Assembly (NCBI GenBank): GCA_964554185.1
Contig: CAZKNJ010000011.1
Coordinates: forward strand, 1-56,667
Direction of reading: 5' to 3'
DNA: 56,667 nucleotides
DNA from: an uncultured Planctomycetales bacterium
Lineage (GTDB): Bacteria; 4484-113
Below the pieces are notes generated by a model. The model had not been told where the DNA came from and searched no databases. It saw only the letters and a program-made list of their open reading frames with translations. The position numbers and the translations under genes are program-made. Positions 18,483-27,410 of the stretch are shown here, in pieces; position 1 is the first letter of the stretch; every line of letters starts with the position of its first letter.

Positions 18483-19244
18483 TTAGCTGTTAACCAGGTG
18501 GTTCAACAGCCAGGCAATCATTATTTCGTCAAGCCCTTCTTGAGCTAGCAGCAGGTCGGTTCCATGCATCGTGCCGGCGTAAACCTTCAGCTTGATCGGG
18601 CTTGCGAGGGTCGCCGCCTGCTTGAGCTTCTGGCAGCTCTCGCACGAGTACTTGTCGCCCTCGGATGTTATGAGAAACAAAGCACGCGTGCTGAAGCCGG
18701 TGGTGTACGGAAGCACTTCCAGCCCCCGGTAATTCAATCCGGGCGAGAGCATTATCACGGTGCGCACAGTCTTGTCCTCGGCGGCGTACTGGAAGGCCAG
18801 ATTCGCTCCAATAGAAGCGCCAACCACCGCCAACCGCCCGCCATTGATGTCCTTGCGGGACTTGAGGTACTTCGCCGCGGCCTCCACATCGCGGATCACC
18901 GCGGCGTAATCCGCGTCAGTGAAACTCTTGTAGTCGCGCTCCTTTCCGGAGAAATCGGTACTTCCGCCGTGCCCCCTCAGATCAAGCGCGAGTACCGCGT
19001 AGCTGTTCTTGGTGAGCTTCTCCGCGAAGGCATTCCAGGCGGACTTGCTGGAGCCAAGCTGGTGGAGGAGCAGCACGGCGGGTACGGGCTTCGCCCCCTT
19101 GGGCAGAAAGAGGTTCGCCTTTATGGTCACGCCGTCGTCCGTCTGGAACGAGATCTCGTCAGCCGCGGAAGCGATGCCCGGGGCCGCGAGAAGGGCGCAG
19201 ATCAGAGCTGCAGTAACGAGAATCCACGATACCAGTTGATGCAT
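18483..19244 (-). CDS. Exported alpha/beta hydrolase
   Basis: Signal peptide; LLLHQLG, DLRGHG, GASIG nucleophile elbow, HGT. Confidence 0.85.
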   Translation of the reverse strand: MHQLVSWILVTAALICALLAAPGIASAADEISFQTDDGVTIKANLFLPKGAKPVPAVLLLHQLGSSKSAWNAFAEKLTKNSYAVLALDLRGHGGSTDFSGKERDYKSFTDADYAAVIRDVEAAAKYLKSRKDINGGRLAVVGASIGANLAFQYAAEDKTVRTVIMLSPGLNYRGLEVLPYTTGFSTRALFLITSEGDKYSCESCQKLKQAATLASPIKLKVYAGTMHGTDLLLAQEGLDEIMIAWLLNHLVNS

Positions 19245-19297
19245 GTTTGACCTGCCAGACGGAGCTGGAAACGTGTGGTGCATTCTAGCACAGGGAT

Positions 19298-19370
19298 TGC
19301 GCCCGGAGGGATTCGAACCCCCAACCGGCGGATCCGAAGTCCGCTGCTCTGTCCATTAAGCTACGGGCGC
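19298..19370 (-). tRNA. tRNA-Arg(UCG)
   Basis: Cloverleaf: acceptor GCGCCCG/CGGGCGC, anticodon arm GCGGA-CT-TCG-GA-TCCGC, T-loop GTTCGAAT; A20 and A73 Arg identity elements; CCA not encoded. Confidence 0.95.
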
Positions 19371-19380
19371 TGAGATATCG

Positions 19381-20403
19381 TCAGACCAAGCCCGGTTCAA
19401 CATCAAAGGCGGCTGGAGCACACCCGCGCATGCGCTTGAGCCACAGCAAGTATGCCATCATATCAGCGTTGTCCATTGCGAGCTTGGGCTCCGGGAAGCG
19501 CACCTCAAGCTGCGCGGCGATGCAGCATGATTGCAGGTGTTCACGGAACAGGCCGTTAATGGACACGCCACCGCTGACAGATAGGAGTTTTACGCCGGTC
19601 GTTTGAGCGGCCGCGAGCACCTTCGCGGCTATGGACTCCCAGACGCTGCGCAACAAGGACGCGGAGAACTCCCGTTGGAACTCAACGCCACCGCTTTCAT
19701 TGGCTGCGATCATCCTCACCGCCGCAGTCTTGAGGCCGGAGTAGCTGAAGTTCAAGTCCCCGCTATCCAGCATCGGAACCGGCAGCGACAAGACGGGCGA
19801 GACGGGTTTGTCGCCAAACTCGCGCGCCATCCGCTCCAGCACTGCACCCCCGGGGTAGCCCAAGCCCAGGCGCTGGGCGACCTTGTCAAACAACTCGCCA
19901 GCGGCGTCATCCAGCGTTTCACCCAGAACCTCCATCTCGCCAACCCCCCGGACCAGATAGAGGATGGTGTTGCCGCCGGAAACGACCAGCCCCAAGAAGG
20001 GGAAGGGGATGCGCTCAAGCGGACTACCGAAGAATGGCGAGTACAGGTGCCCTTCCAGATGGTTCAGCCCGTGGAGGTCAGCATTCAGCGCGGCTGACAG
20101 TCCACGGACGAAGGCAACGCCTGCCAGCAGGCAGCCGGGCAGCCCCGGCCCGCGGGTGACGCCGACTGCTTCCACTGCGCCCAGCGCATCCAGATGAGCC
20201 GAGCGAAGCTCCGAAAGCAACACCGGCAGGTTAGTCAAGTGCTCACGCGCCGCAATCTCCGGCACCACTCCGCCAAAGTCGGCGTGCAGTTCCACCGAAG
20301 AGGACAGCGCGGACCAGACCACTGAGCCATCCGGCTCCAGTAGCGCCAGGCCGGTGTCGTCAAAGGAGGTTTCGACCGCCAGCAGCGTCTTCTTCGCGCT
20401 CAC
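19381..20403 (-). CDS. tsaD: tRNA t6A synthesis protein TsaD
   Basis: ETS, GGVVPE, GPGL, NHLEGH, VSGG, DDAAGE and FSYSGLKT motifs. Confidence 0.95.
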   Translation of the reverse strand: MSAKKTLLAVETSFDDTGLALLEPDGSVVWSALSSSVELHADFGGVVPEIAAREHLTNLPVLLSELRSAHLDALGAVEAVGVTRGPGLPGCLLAGVAFVRGLSAALNADLHGLNHLEGHLYSPFFGSPLERIPFPFLGLVVSGGNTILYLVRGVGEMEVLGETLDDAAGELFDKVAQRLGLGYPGGAVLERMAREFGDKPVSPVLSLPVPMLDSGDLNFSYSGLKTAAVRMIAANESGGVEFQREFSASLLRSVWESIAAKVLAAAQTTGVKLLSVSGGVSINGLFREHLQSCCIAAQLEVRFPEPKLAMDNADMMAYLLWLKRMRGCAPAAFDVEPGLV

Positions 20404-20785
20404 CTTCTATCTCCTTTATGTCAAAGGCCGTGGCATCCGGATATGAAAGGCCGGAAGCACCGCAGACCGGGCACTCGTGCGGCAGCGGCTGCCCCGTGGG
20501 GTTGTGCCATATCTCCACGAAGCCCCCTTCCGGAAGGGGGATAGCGCCTGTGTGGCCGCAGGATGCGCAGTGAATCGACAGCGGCTCCAGCTCAAAATGC
20601 AGGCCAGGCCGCCCGATGCCGTGCGCATCGGCAACCTCCGCGAATAGGAACAGCAGGGTTTCCTGATGCACCCCTGCGAGCGGTCCGACCCTGAGCACGA
20701 TGCGGGTAACTTCAGCGAGCCCGTTAGCCTCGGCAGAGTCTCTGCATATCTCGGCTATGGAGCACGCCAGGCTGTACTCATGCAT
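20360..20785 (-). CDS. hypA: Hydrogenase nickel metallochaperone HypA
   Basis: MHE N-terminus; two CxxC (CASC, CPVC). Confidence 0.9.
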   Translation of the reverse strand: MHEYSLACSIAEICRDSAEANGLAEVTRIVLRVGPLAGVHQETLLFLFAEVADAHGIGRPGLHFELEPLSIHCASCGHTGAIPLPEGGFVEIWHNPTGQPLPHECPVCGASGLSYPDATAFDIKEIEGEREEDAAGGRNLL

Positions 20786-20788
20786 CGG

Positions 20789-21049
20789 CTACAGCCGCGG
20801 CAGCGGACGATGGTGCAGCTCAATGTCACTCTCGGCGTCAACCTCACCGAACTGAGTCCAGATACGGGCGTGGCCGCGCACCTTCATCACCGACACATGG
20901 TCGGTGAACTGGGCGATGAGAACTTCGCCCCGCTCGAGCTTCTCGGAGTGAAGGAACTTAGTCTCTTCACCGCGAGTAAGGCCAGCGACACTCACGCCGC
21001 TTTCCATCGCCTTGATAACAACATAGTCCTGCAAGAGGTCGAGATCCAT
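20789..21049 (-). CDS. mtrB: Trp RNA-binding attenuation protein (TRAP)
   Basis: VVIKA..GV.V.GLTRG..TKF.HSEKL..GEV.IAQFT.H.S..KVRG matches the TRAP family without gaps. Confidence 0.93.
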   Translation of the reverse strand: MDLDLLQDYVVIKAMESGVSVAGLTRGEETKFLHSEKLERGEVLIAQFTDHVSVMKVRGHARIWTQFGEVDAESDIELHHRPLPRL

Positions 21050-21100
21050 AGGGGGGTTATTCCTCCTCTAAACTAAGAAACAAAGAACAACAGGACGAGA

Positions 21101-21129
21101 ATGATACCACTTTATGGTAGGGCTTACAA
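21101..21129 (-). promoter_or_regulatory. Promoter of mtrB-hypA-tsaD(-tRNA-Arg)
   Basis: TTGTAA-N17-TATCAT with extended -10 TG. Confidence 0.6.
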
Positions 21130-22143
21130 TCCTGGATACTGCTGCTCGTAGTACTCCTTGAACTTGCCCTCGCGCACTGCCCTCCACCAGGTTTCGTTCT
21201 CTTTATACCAGTAGACTGTGCGGAGCAACCCATCCTCCAACCCGGTGCGCTCCGCAAAACCCAGCTCCGAGCGAATCCTCGTGTCGTCAATGCTGTAGGC
21301 GAAGTCGTGGCCGGGTCGGTCCGGCACGAAGGTGAGGCAGTCTTCGTCCAGCCTGAGAATGCGCAGAACCTCGCGTGCGAACTCCAGGTTGGGAATCAGG
21401 CCGGTGCCGGCTATGTTGTAGGCCTTGCCGACCTCGCCTTGCTCCGCCAGCAGCAGCAGCGCCCGGCAGGTGTCCTCCACATACAGCCAGTCGCGCATCT
21501 GCTCGCCTTTCCCGTAAACCGGCACCTGGCCGCCGGTGAGCAGATTGGTCGCCATCAGCGGAAGGAACTTCTCGGGGTGCTGATAAGAACCGTAATTGTT
21601 GGTGGGGCGGGCAATTACCACGGGGAACTCAAAGGAGTTCGACGCCGCCTGGCAGAGCAAATCCGCCGCAGCCTTGGTCGCGGAATAAGGGTTGCCGGGA
21701 CGGAAAGGAGCGTCCTCGCCCAGCTTGACGCCACTATCGCGCGGCGTGGGACCGTAGACTTCATCCGTGCTTACATAGACGAACTTCTTCACGCCCGCCG
21801 CGCGGCAAATGTCAATCAGGGCGGAAGTGCCTTCTATGTTGGTGCGCAAGAACGGGCGCACATCTTTGAGCGACCGGTCCACGTGGGTTTCGGCCGCGAG
21901 GTGAAAGACGAAGTCTATCTCCGTGCGGCTCCAAAGCCGCTCCAGCACTGAAGGCTCGGCTATATCGCCGTGGATGAAAACGTAGTTGTCGCCGACTTCC
22001 ACGCCGGCAAGGTTACTCAGGTTACCGGCATAGGTGAGTTTGTCCACATTCACCACGGTCCAGTCCGGGCGCTCCTTGCGCAGAAAGCGCACGAGATTCG
22101 CGCCGATAAAGCCGGCGCCGCCGGTAACTAGCGCAGTTGCCAC
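21124..22143 (-). CDS. rfbB: dTDP-glucose 4,6-dehydratase
   Basis: VTGGAGFIG, DKLTYAGN, AAETHVDRS, STDEVYG, YSATK and RDWLYVED motifs. Confidence 0.95.
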   Translation of the reverse strand: MATALVTGGAGFIGANLVRFLRKERPDWTVVNVDKLTYAGNLSNLAGVEVGDNYVFIHGDIAEPSVLERLWSRTEIDFVFHLAAETHVDRSLKDVRPFLRTNIEGTSALIDICRAAGVKKFVYVSTDEVYGPTPRDSGVKLGEDAPFRPGNPYSATKAAADLLCQAASNSFEFPVVIARPTNNYGSYQHPEKFLPLMATNLLTGGQVPVYGKGEQMRDWLYVEDTCRALLLLAEQGEVGKAYNIAGTGLIPNLEFAREVLRILRLDEDCLTFVPDRPGHDFAYSIDDTRIRSELGFAERTGLEDGLLRTVYWYKENETWWRAVREGKFKEYYEQQYPGL

Positions 22144-22162
22144 GATGCCACCTCGGTTTTCA

Positions 22163-23353
22163 TCAACGTCCGATATTAGCATAGAAGCTCTCTCCAGCCA
22201 GGCGCTTATCCGGTGTCACGCCAAAGGACTGCAGGACGGTGGCCCCGACATCAGCGAAGGAGCTTCGCGTACCCAGATCACAGCCGGCGCTTTCACTAGC
22301 GGCGCGGGGGAAAACCAGCAGTGGCACATACTCCCGTGAGTGATCGGTGGAGGAGGTAGTCGGGTCATTGCCGTGGTCAGCGGTGATTATCACGAGGTCG
22401 AGGGCGCTCCAGTCCGCAACGAACCCGGCGAGCCAGCCGTCAAACCACTCCAGCTCAGCGGCGTAGCCCTTCATGTCGTTGCGGTGGCCGTAGAGCATGT
22501 CAAAGTCAATGAAGTTCGCAAAGACCAAACCGGACTCGCCGCTGCGCTTCAGTTCATGCAAAGCGTCGCCCGTCGCCCGCGAATTTGTAGTGTGGAGGCT
22601 GCGGCTGAATCCCCTGCCAGCGAAGATGTCCTCCAGCTTGCCCACGAGTGTTACGGGAATCCCTGCATCGGTGAGGGCGTCCAGGCAGTTGTATGGAGGC
22701 GGCAGGCCGAAATCACGGCGGCCCTCGGTGCGCTTGAAGCCCTGTTCAGGCGTGCCGGTAAACGGGCGGGCAATCACTCGATCAACTTCGAACTCACCGT
22801 GGGTGAGTTCTCGCGCAATGCGACAGACTCTGTTGAGCTCCTCTGGCGAAACGATGTCCTCGTGGGCAGCCACCTGAAACACCGAGTCTGCACTGGTGTA
22901 GATAATCACCTTTCCAGTTTTCAGGTGCTCTGCGCCAAGCTCGGCGATAATCTCGGTTCCCGAAGCCGGCTGGTTGCCCAGCACGCCGCGCCCGATGCGC
23001 CGCGAGAACTCATCAATGAGCTCTGCTGGAAATCCATTGGGATAAGTCTTGGGAGCCGTTTCACGGATGATGCCCATTAGCTCCCAGTGGCCGGTGGTCG
23101 TGTCCTTCGCGGCGCCGGCAGGTTGCAGCTTACCGAAGTGCGCCGCCGGCTGAGCAACCGGAGGAAGCAGATCAGGCTCGGCGAGGATGTTCCCGAGGCC
23201 TAGGCGCGTCAGCTCGACGAGCCTCGGCTTCGCCTGCTCGAGGATATGCTGCAGAGTGGCGCTACCCGCGTCGCTAAAGCGTTCGGCGTCGGGCGCAGCG
23301 CCAATGCCGACACTGTCCATCACCAGAAGAAAAACACGGTTGAAAGAGCTCAT
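22163..23353 (-). CDS. deoB: Phosphopentomutase
   Basis: DSVGIG, KDTTTGHWE, YTSADSVFQ, DFDMLYGHRND and ADHGNDPT motifs. Confidence 0.96.
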   Translation of the reverse strand: MSSFNRVFLLVMDSVGIGAAPDAERFSDAGSATLQHILEQAKPRLVELTRLGLGNILAEPDLLPPVAQPAAHFGKLQPAGAAKDTTTGHWELMGIIRETAPKTYPNGFPAELIDEFSRRIGRGVLGNQPASGTEIIAELGAEHLKTGKVIIYTSADSVFQVAAHEDIVSPEELNRVCRIARELTHGEFEVDRVIARPFTGTPEQGFKRTEGRRDFGLPPPYNCLDALTDAGIPVTLVGKLEDIFAGRGFSRSLHTTNSRATGDALHELKRSGESGLVFANFIDFDMLYGHRNDMKGYAAELEWFDGWLAGFVADWSALDLVIITADHGNDPTTSSTDHSREYVPLLVFPRAASESAGCDLGTRSSFADVGATVLQSFGVTPDKRLAGESFYANIGR

Positions 23354-23436
23354 GCCCACGCCCCAGCTTCGCGCATTATACTCCAGCGCGCAGCCCGCTC
23401 TGGTAGAATAGCGGCAACCAACTGATGGAGCGAACC

Positions 23437-23940
23437 ATGGATCCACTCGTCGGCATCATTCTCGGCAGCAAGTCGGACCTCCCGCACACTAAGCAGTGCA
23501 CCGACACGCTGGACGAGTTCGGCGTGCCCTACCGCATCGTCATCGCCTCGGCCCACCGCTCGCCTAACGTGCTGCGCGAGAAGCTCAAGGAGCTAGAAGC
23601 ATCGGTGGGGGTATTCATCGCGTTTGCGGGAATGTCGGCGCACTTGCCCGGCGTGGTCGCCAGCCAGACCATCAAGCCGGTCGTCGGCGTGCCGGTTTCG
23701 GTATCGCTCATGGGGCTGGACGCCCTGCTGTCCATCGTGCAGATGCCATCGGGAGTGCCGGTGGCAGCGATGGCGATTGACGGTGCGCGCAATGCGGCCA
23801 TCTATTCAATCGGCATACTCGCACCTACCGAAGCGGGAAAGAAGCTGAAGCTCGGCGACAAGTTGACGCAGATGCGCAATAAGAAAGAGGCGGAGTATGA
23901 GATGCTGAACAAGACCGGCCAGGGAAAGATCAAAGTCTGA
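23437..23940 (+). CDS. purE: N5-CAIR mutase
   Basis: GSKSD, SAHRSP, AHLPG and VQMPSGVPVA motifs. Confidence 0.95.
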   Translation: MDPLVGIILGSKSDLPHTKQCTDTLDEFGVPYRIVIASAHRSPNVLREKLKELEASVGVFIAFAGMSAHLPGVVASQTIKPVVGVPVSVSLMGLDALLSIVQMPSGVPVAAMAIDGARNAAIYSIGILAPTEAGKKLKLGDKLTQMRNKKEAEYEMLNKTGQGKIKV

Positions 23941-24208
23941 TTTCAAAACCGGACAGCCTCGCGGGGAAGCTGTCCAGCGCCTCTTCCTCTATGCCGGTGA
24001 CGCTGGCGTGAGGCGGGCCCGCGCGAAGCGCCGCCACTAACTCGGCAAGCCGACCTTCATCTTCAGACTGAGCCACAACCTCAACAGTGCCGTCCAGGCG
24101 GTTGCGCACAAAACCGTCAATTCCCAGGCGGTTGGCGGTACGGCGGACGAAATACCGGTAGCCCACATCCTGGACTACGCCTGAAACAACGTAGCGTTTA
24201 GTTACCAT
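23930..24208 (-). CDS. acyP: Acylphosphatase
   Basis: VSGVVQDVGYR, GFVRNRLDGTVE and GPPHASV motifs. Confidence 0.9.
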   Translation of the reverse strand: MVTKRYVVSGVVQDVGYRYFVRRTANRLGIDGFVRNRLDGTVEVVAQSEDEGRLAELVAALRAGPPHASVTGIEEEALDSFPARLSGFEIRL

Positions 24209-25077
24209 GCGGCACTACCTCCAGAGCATTCCTGCTGCAGAGCCAGATGCAGCTTTACGGCGTCCACCGCCTCGCGCACATCATGCACCCTAAGCAAGTC
24301 TACTCCCTGCCTCAGAAGCAGTGTGTTCACCGCAACCGTCCCGGCAAGCCTTTCCGTAGCGTCGTGGCCCAGCAGCTTCCCCAGAAAGGACTTCCGCGAG
24401 ACCCCATAAAGCAGCGGGCGATTCGCCACGCGGAGCCTTCCAGCGTGGGCGATGAGCGCAAGGTTGTCCGACAGCCGCTTGCCGAATCCAATGCCAGGAT
24501 CCAGCACCACATGCTCCGGCGCGATTCCAGCCTGGCCCAGCACGTCTAAACGCTCCTCCAAGAAGGCACGAATCTCGGCGACCGGATCGCTGTAACGCGG
24601 GCAATGCTGCATGTCGCGGGGCGTGCCTAGCATGTGTACCAGCACATAGCCGCTGCCACTTTCCGCCACTATAGGAAGCAGCTCAGGATCAAGCCGCCCC
24701 GCCGAGATGTCGTTGACGATGGCCGCGCCGGCCGCCAGGGCTTCGGCAGCGACTCGTCCCTTATACGTATCAATGGAAACAACCGCCGCGGGATGGCGGG
24801 CCTTGAGTTCCGTGATGACCGGAAGGACACGGCCAAGCTCCTCTTCCGCGCTCAAGGGCTCACTTCCCGGCCGGCTGCTCTCGCCGCCAACATCAATGAT
24901 CCCCGCCCCCTGCCGCAGCATCTCTTCGGCGTGCACGATCCCGTCAGCTACCGATGAGCTGTACAAGCCGCCATCGTAAAACGAGTCCGGCGTGACATTC
25001 AGGATGCCCATGACCAGCGGCATCTTGAGTTCCAGACTGCCGCCTTTGATGCGCCAGCTTCTAACGTCAATCCCCAT
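24202..25077 (-). CDS. folP: Dihydropteroate synthase
   Basis: MGILNVTPDSFYDGG, DVGGESSRPG, DPGIGFGK, SRKSF and RVHDV motifs. Confidence 0.96.
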   Translation of the reverse strand: MGIDVRSWRIKGGSLELKMPLVMGILNVTPDSFYDGGLYSSSVADGIVHAEEMLRQGAGIIDVGGESSRPGSEPLSAEEELGRVLPVITELKARHPAAVVSIDTYKGRVAAEALAAGAAIVNDISAGRLDPELLPIVAESGSGYVLVHMLGTPRDMQHCPRYSDPVAEIRAFLEERLDVLGQAGIAPEHVVLDPGIGFGKRLSDNLALIAHAGRLRVANRPLLYGVSRKSFLGKLLGHDATERLAGTVAVNTLLLRQGVDLLRVHDVREAVDAVKLHLALQQECSGGSAAW

Positions 25078-25089
25078 GCGCCGCCGCCC

Positions 25090-25122
25090 AAAAAAAACGG
25101 GGACACACGATGTGTGCCCCCG
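25090..25122 (-). terminator. Intrinsic terminator after the multiheme cytochrome gene
   Basis: CGGGGGCACACA/TGTGTCCCCG stem followed by a T-run on the minus strand. Confidence 0.8.
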
Positions 25123-25149
25123 CTTACAGATTCAGTTTGAAAGTGAGGC

Positions 25150-26697
25150 CTAGAAAACCTCTTCTGCGATTGAGTAAATCTCCACCGGCCGGTCGCTCAG
25201 TTGGTAAACACCGCTGAAGTACTTGCTGGCTTCGCGGTAGAAGAGCTGCGCGGTAACAAAGACCGAGCCGGTTACGCCGGCCGCATTCATCTCGAAGTCC
25301 TCGGTAACCGTCTCGTTGGGGCCTATGCGGTTGTCCGCAAGGACCATGTCGGTCTCCCAGTAGGGCACTTCGTCGCGGAAGTCGAAGCTGCGGCCGATAC
25401 GCTTCTCATAAGTGCGCACGTCCTCAAAGAAGACGTTGCCGTCCGCATCTTCCGCACGCAGCACCAGCACCAGCTGGTGGAACGGAAGGCCGGTGGGAAG
25501 CATATGGCCCGCGCCCGAGTTGGTGATGTCAACGGTCGCAGTAATGAAGTCCTCGCTGCGCTCGGCATCCAGCGTGAGCTCCGCCGACATGCGGAGGAAC
25601 TCAGGCGTGGTGCCACGGAAGTCGTGAACATGGGCGTTGCGGCGGTCGGGACCGTGCTTGGAAGTCGGCTGGCGGCCCAAGCCGAGCTCTTGCGTGGTGG
25701 GCATATGGCAGTCCTGGCAGGTCTTGTAGTTCGCGCCAGGCACGGAGTACTTGCTGCGCAGCCACTCGTTGTAAGTATCCTGCACGATGACGCCGTAGCC
25801 GTTCACTTCCTGGTGGCAGGGCGCGCACATGCGGGAGTCAATGAAAACCGACGAGTACCTGATCGTATGCGCCGAAGTCGGGGCTTCATCAAGTGGACCG
25901 AATTTCTGGATGCCGAAGCGGTGCTCGTAGGCCAGGCCGTAGTAGTGGTTGTAGAGCTCGGGGAACTTGACCTGGTCACGGTCGGTTGGCAGGCCCATGC
26001 GGCTGATAGTGTGACAGAAGTCGCAGCTCACGCCATCCTTCACGTAGTCGTTCAAGCGCTGCCAGTAGTTCAGCTGCTTACGAATGGCGATATCCGAGTT
26101 GGGCCATGTATCCTTGCGAACACCCAGCGTGCGATCCACCTTGCCGGAGCCGACATCTACCAAGCGCGGGATGTAGCCTTCCCCCATGGCTTTGAGGAAC
26201 TCAACCAGCGGCTTGTTGCTGCTGTTGGCGATTTCCACATTGATGGCGGGCGCGTGGCAGGAGAGGCAGTCAATCTCCTCGGGCATTATGGCGCTGGCCG
26301 GAAGCTGGTCGTCGTTGCGCAATTCGCCCAGCCGGCGCATCTCCTTCACCTTCTTCTCCTGGTAGTCGTAGAACTCCCGGTATTCCGAGGAGGCCTGCTG
26401 GTAGAACATGCCACTGAAGGAACTGCCGTGGGCGGAGTACTGCCACTGCCGGTAGTAAGTGGCATGGCACAGCGAGCAGGACTCGGAGTAGTCTAGAATC
26501 GGCACGTACGGCACGTCTTGGGTCTCGATACCGTACTTGGCCATATTCTGCTCAAAGAGATCGATCCAAGGACGCTTCCATTCTTTCGGCCGCGCCTCTC
26601 CCCGCTCCTGAGCCAGAGCGCTCGCAGCAAACGCTACTAGGAGAGAAATCAGCAGGAGGACCGGAACGACCCCCCGTATGAATTTACTCCCTTTCAT
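25150..26697 (-). CDS. Exported multiheme c-type cytochrome (5 CxxCH) with C-terminal Ig-like domain
   Basis: CSLCH, CLSCH, CDFCH, CAPCH, CQDCH; GHMLPTG motif; Sec-type signal ending ASALAQ. Confidence 0.88.
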   Translation of the reverse strand: MKGSKFIRGVVPVLLLISLLVAFAASALAQERGEARPKEWKRPWIDLFEQNMAKYGIETQDVPYVPILDYSESCSLCHATYYRQWQYSAHGSSFSGMFYQQASSEYREFYDYQEKKVKEMRRLGELRNDDQLPASAIMPEEIDCLSCHAPAINVEIANSSNKPLVEFLKAMGEGYIPRLVDVGSGKVDRTLGVRKDTWPNSDIAIRKQLNYWQRLNDYVKDGVSCDFCHTISRMGLPTDRDQVKFPELYNHYYGLAYEHRFGIQKFGPLDEAPTSAHTIRYSSVFIDSRMCAPCHQEVNGYGVIVQDTYNEWLRSKYSVPGANYKTCQDCHMPTTQELGLGRQPTSKHGPDRRNAHVHDFRGTTPEFLRMSAELTLDAERSEDFITATVDITNSGAGHMLPTGLPFHQLVLVLRAEDADGNVFFEDVRTYEKRIGRSFDFRDEVPYWETDMVLADNRIGPNETVTEDFEMNAAGVTGSVFVTAQLFYREASKYFSGVYQLSDRPVEIYSIAEEVF

Positions 26698-26735
26698 CAG
26701 TCGCTCCAAAAGGTGGATTACACTTGAGTTGGGTC

Positions 26736-26794
26736 AAAAAACAAAGCCTGTACAACAGGCAACGTAGTATACCCGTGGCACCAGCAAAAGTCAA
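26736..26794 (-). promoter_or_regulatory. Promoter (TTGACT-N17-TATACT) immediately followed by a terminator-like hairpin and U-tract
   Basis: -35 at 26789-26794, -10 at 26766-26771, then GCCTGT-TGT-ACAGGC-TTTGTTTTTT. Confidence 0.6.
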
Positions 26795-26822
26795 ACACGC
26801 TCGCGGGTGGCTACATATAGCA

Positions 26823-27410
26823 TTAGACAACATCCCTGCTGCCCTGCATCAGCCGGAAAACTTCTTGCCGGCTGGCGGGATTGTGGTGGAAGATACCTCG
26901 CAGCGCCGAGGTCGTTACAATCGTTCCGCGCTTCTTCACACCGCGTATCTCCATGCAAAGATGGCGCGCCTCCAGCACCACCGCCACGCCGTGGGGTTTC
27001 ATTGTCTCGTACAGCATGTCAGCCATCTGCCAGGTCAGCCTCTCCTGAATCTGCGGGCGGCGGCAGAGATGAGAGAAGGCGCGAACGATCTTGGAGATTC
27101 CGCATACGCGCCCCTTGGGGATGTAGCCGATATGCGCCTTGCCCATAAAGGGCATCAGGTGATGCTCACAGATGGAGTGGAACTCAATATCCCGCAGCAG
27201 CACCAGCTCCTGGTGTTCCTCCTGGTAGGTTGAACCTCGGATAAGTTCGTAGCTGTCTTCCTTTACGCCGCCCAGTAGGTCTTCGTACATCTGCGCCACG
27301 CGCTCGGGCGTTTTCGCCAGCCCTTCGCGCTCAGGATCTTCGCCGATCGCCAGCAGGATTTCCTTGACGGCGTGCTTAATGCGCTCAAGGTCAATGCGGC
27401 GGTTGCTCAC
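26823..27410 (-). CDS. folE: GTP cyclohydrolase I
   Basis: REGLAKTPERVA, SICEHHLMPF, RPQIQERLT and HLCMEIRGV motifs. Confidence 0.96.
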   Translation of the reverse strand: MSNRRIDLERIKHAVKEILLAIGEDPEREGLAKTPERVAQMYEDLLGGVKEDSYELIRGSTYQEEHQELVLLRDIEFHSICEHHLMPFMGKAHIGYIPKGRVCGISKIVRAFSHLCRRPQIQERLTWQMADMLYETMKPHGVAVVLEARHLCMEIRGVKKRGTIVTTSALRGIFHHNPASRQEVFRLMQGSRDVV

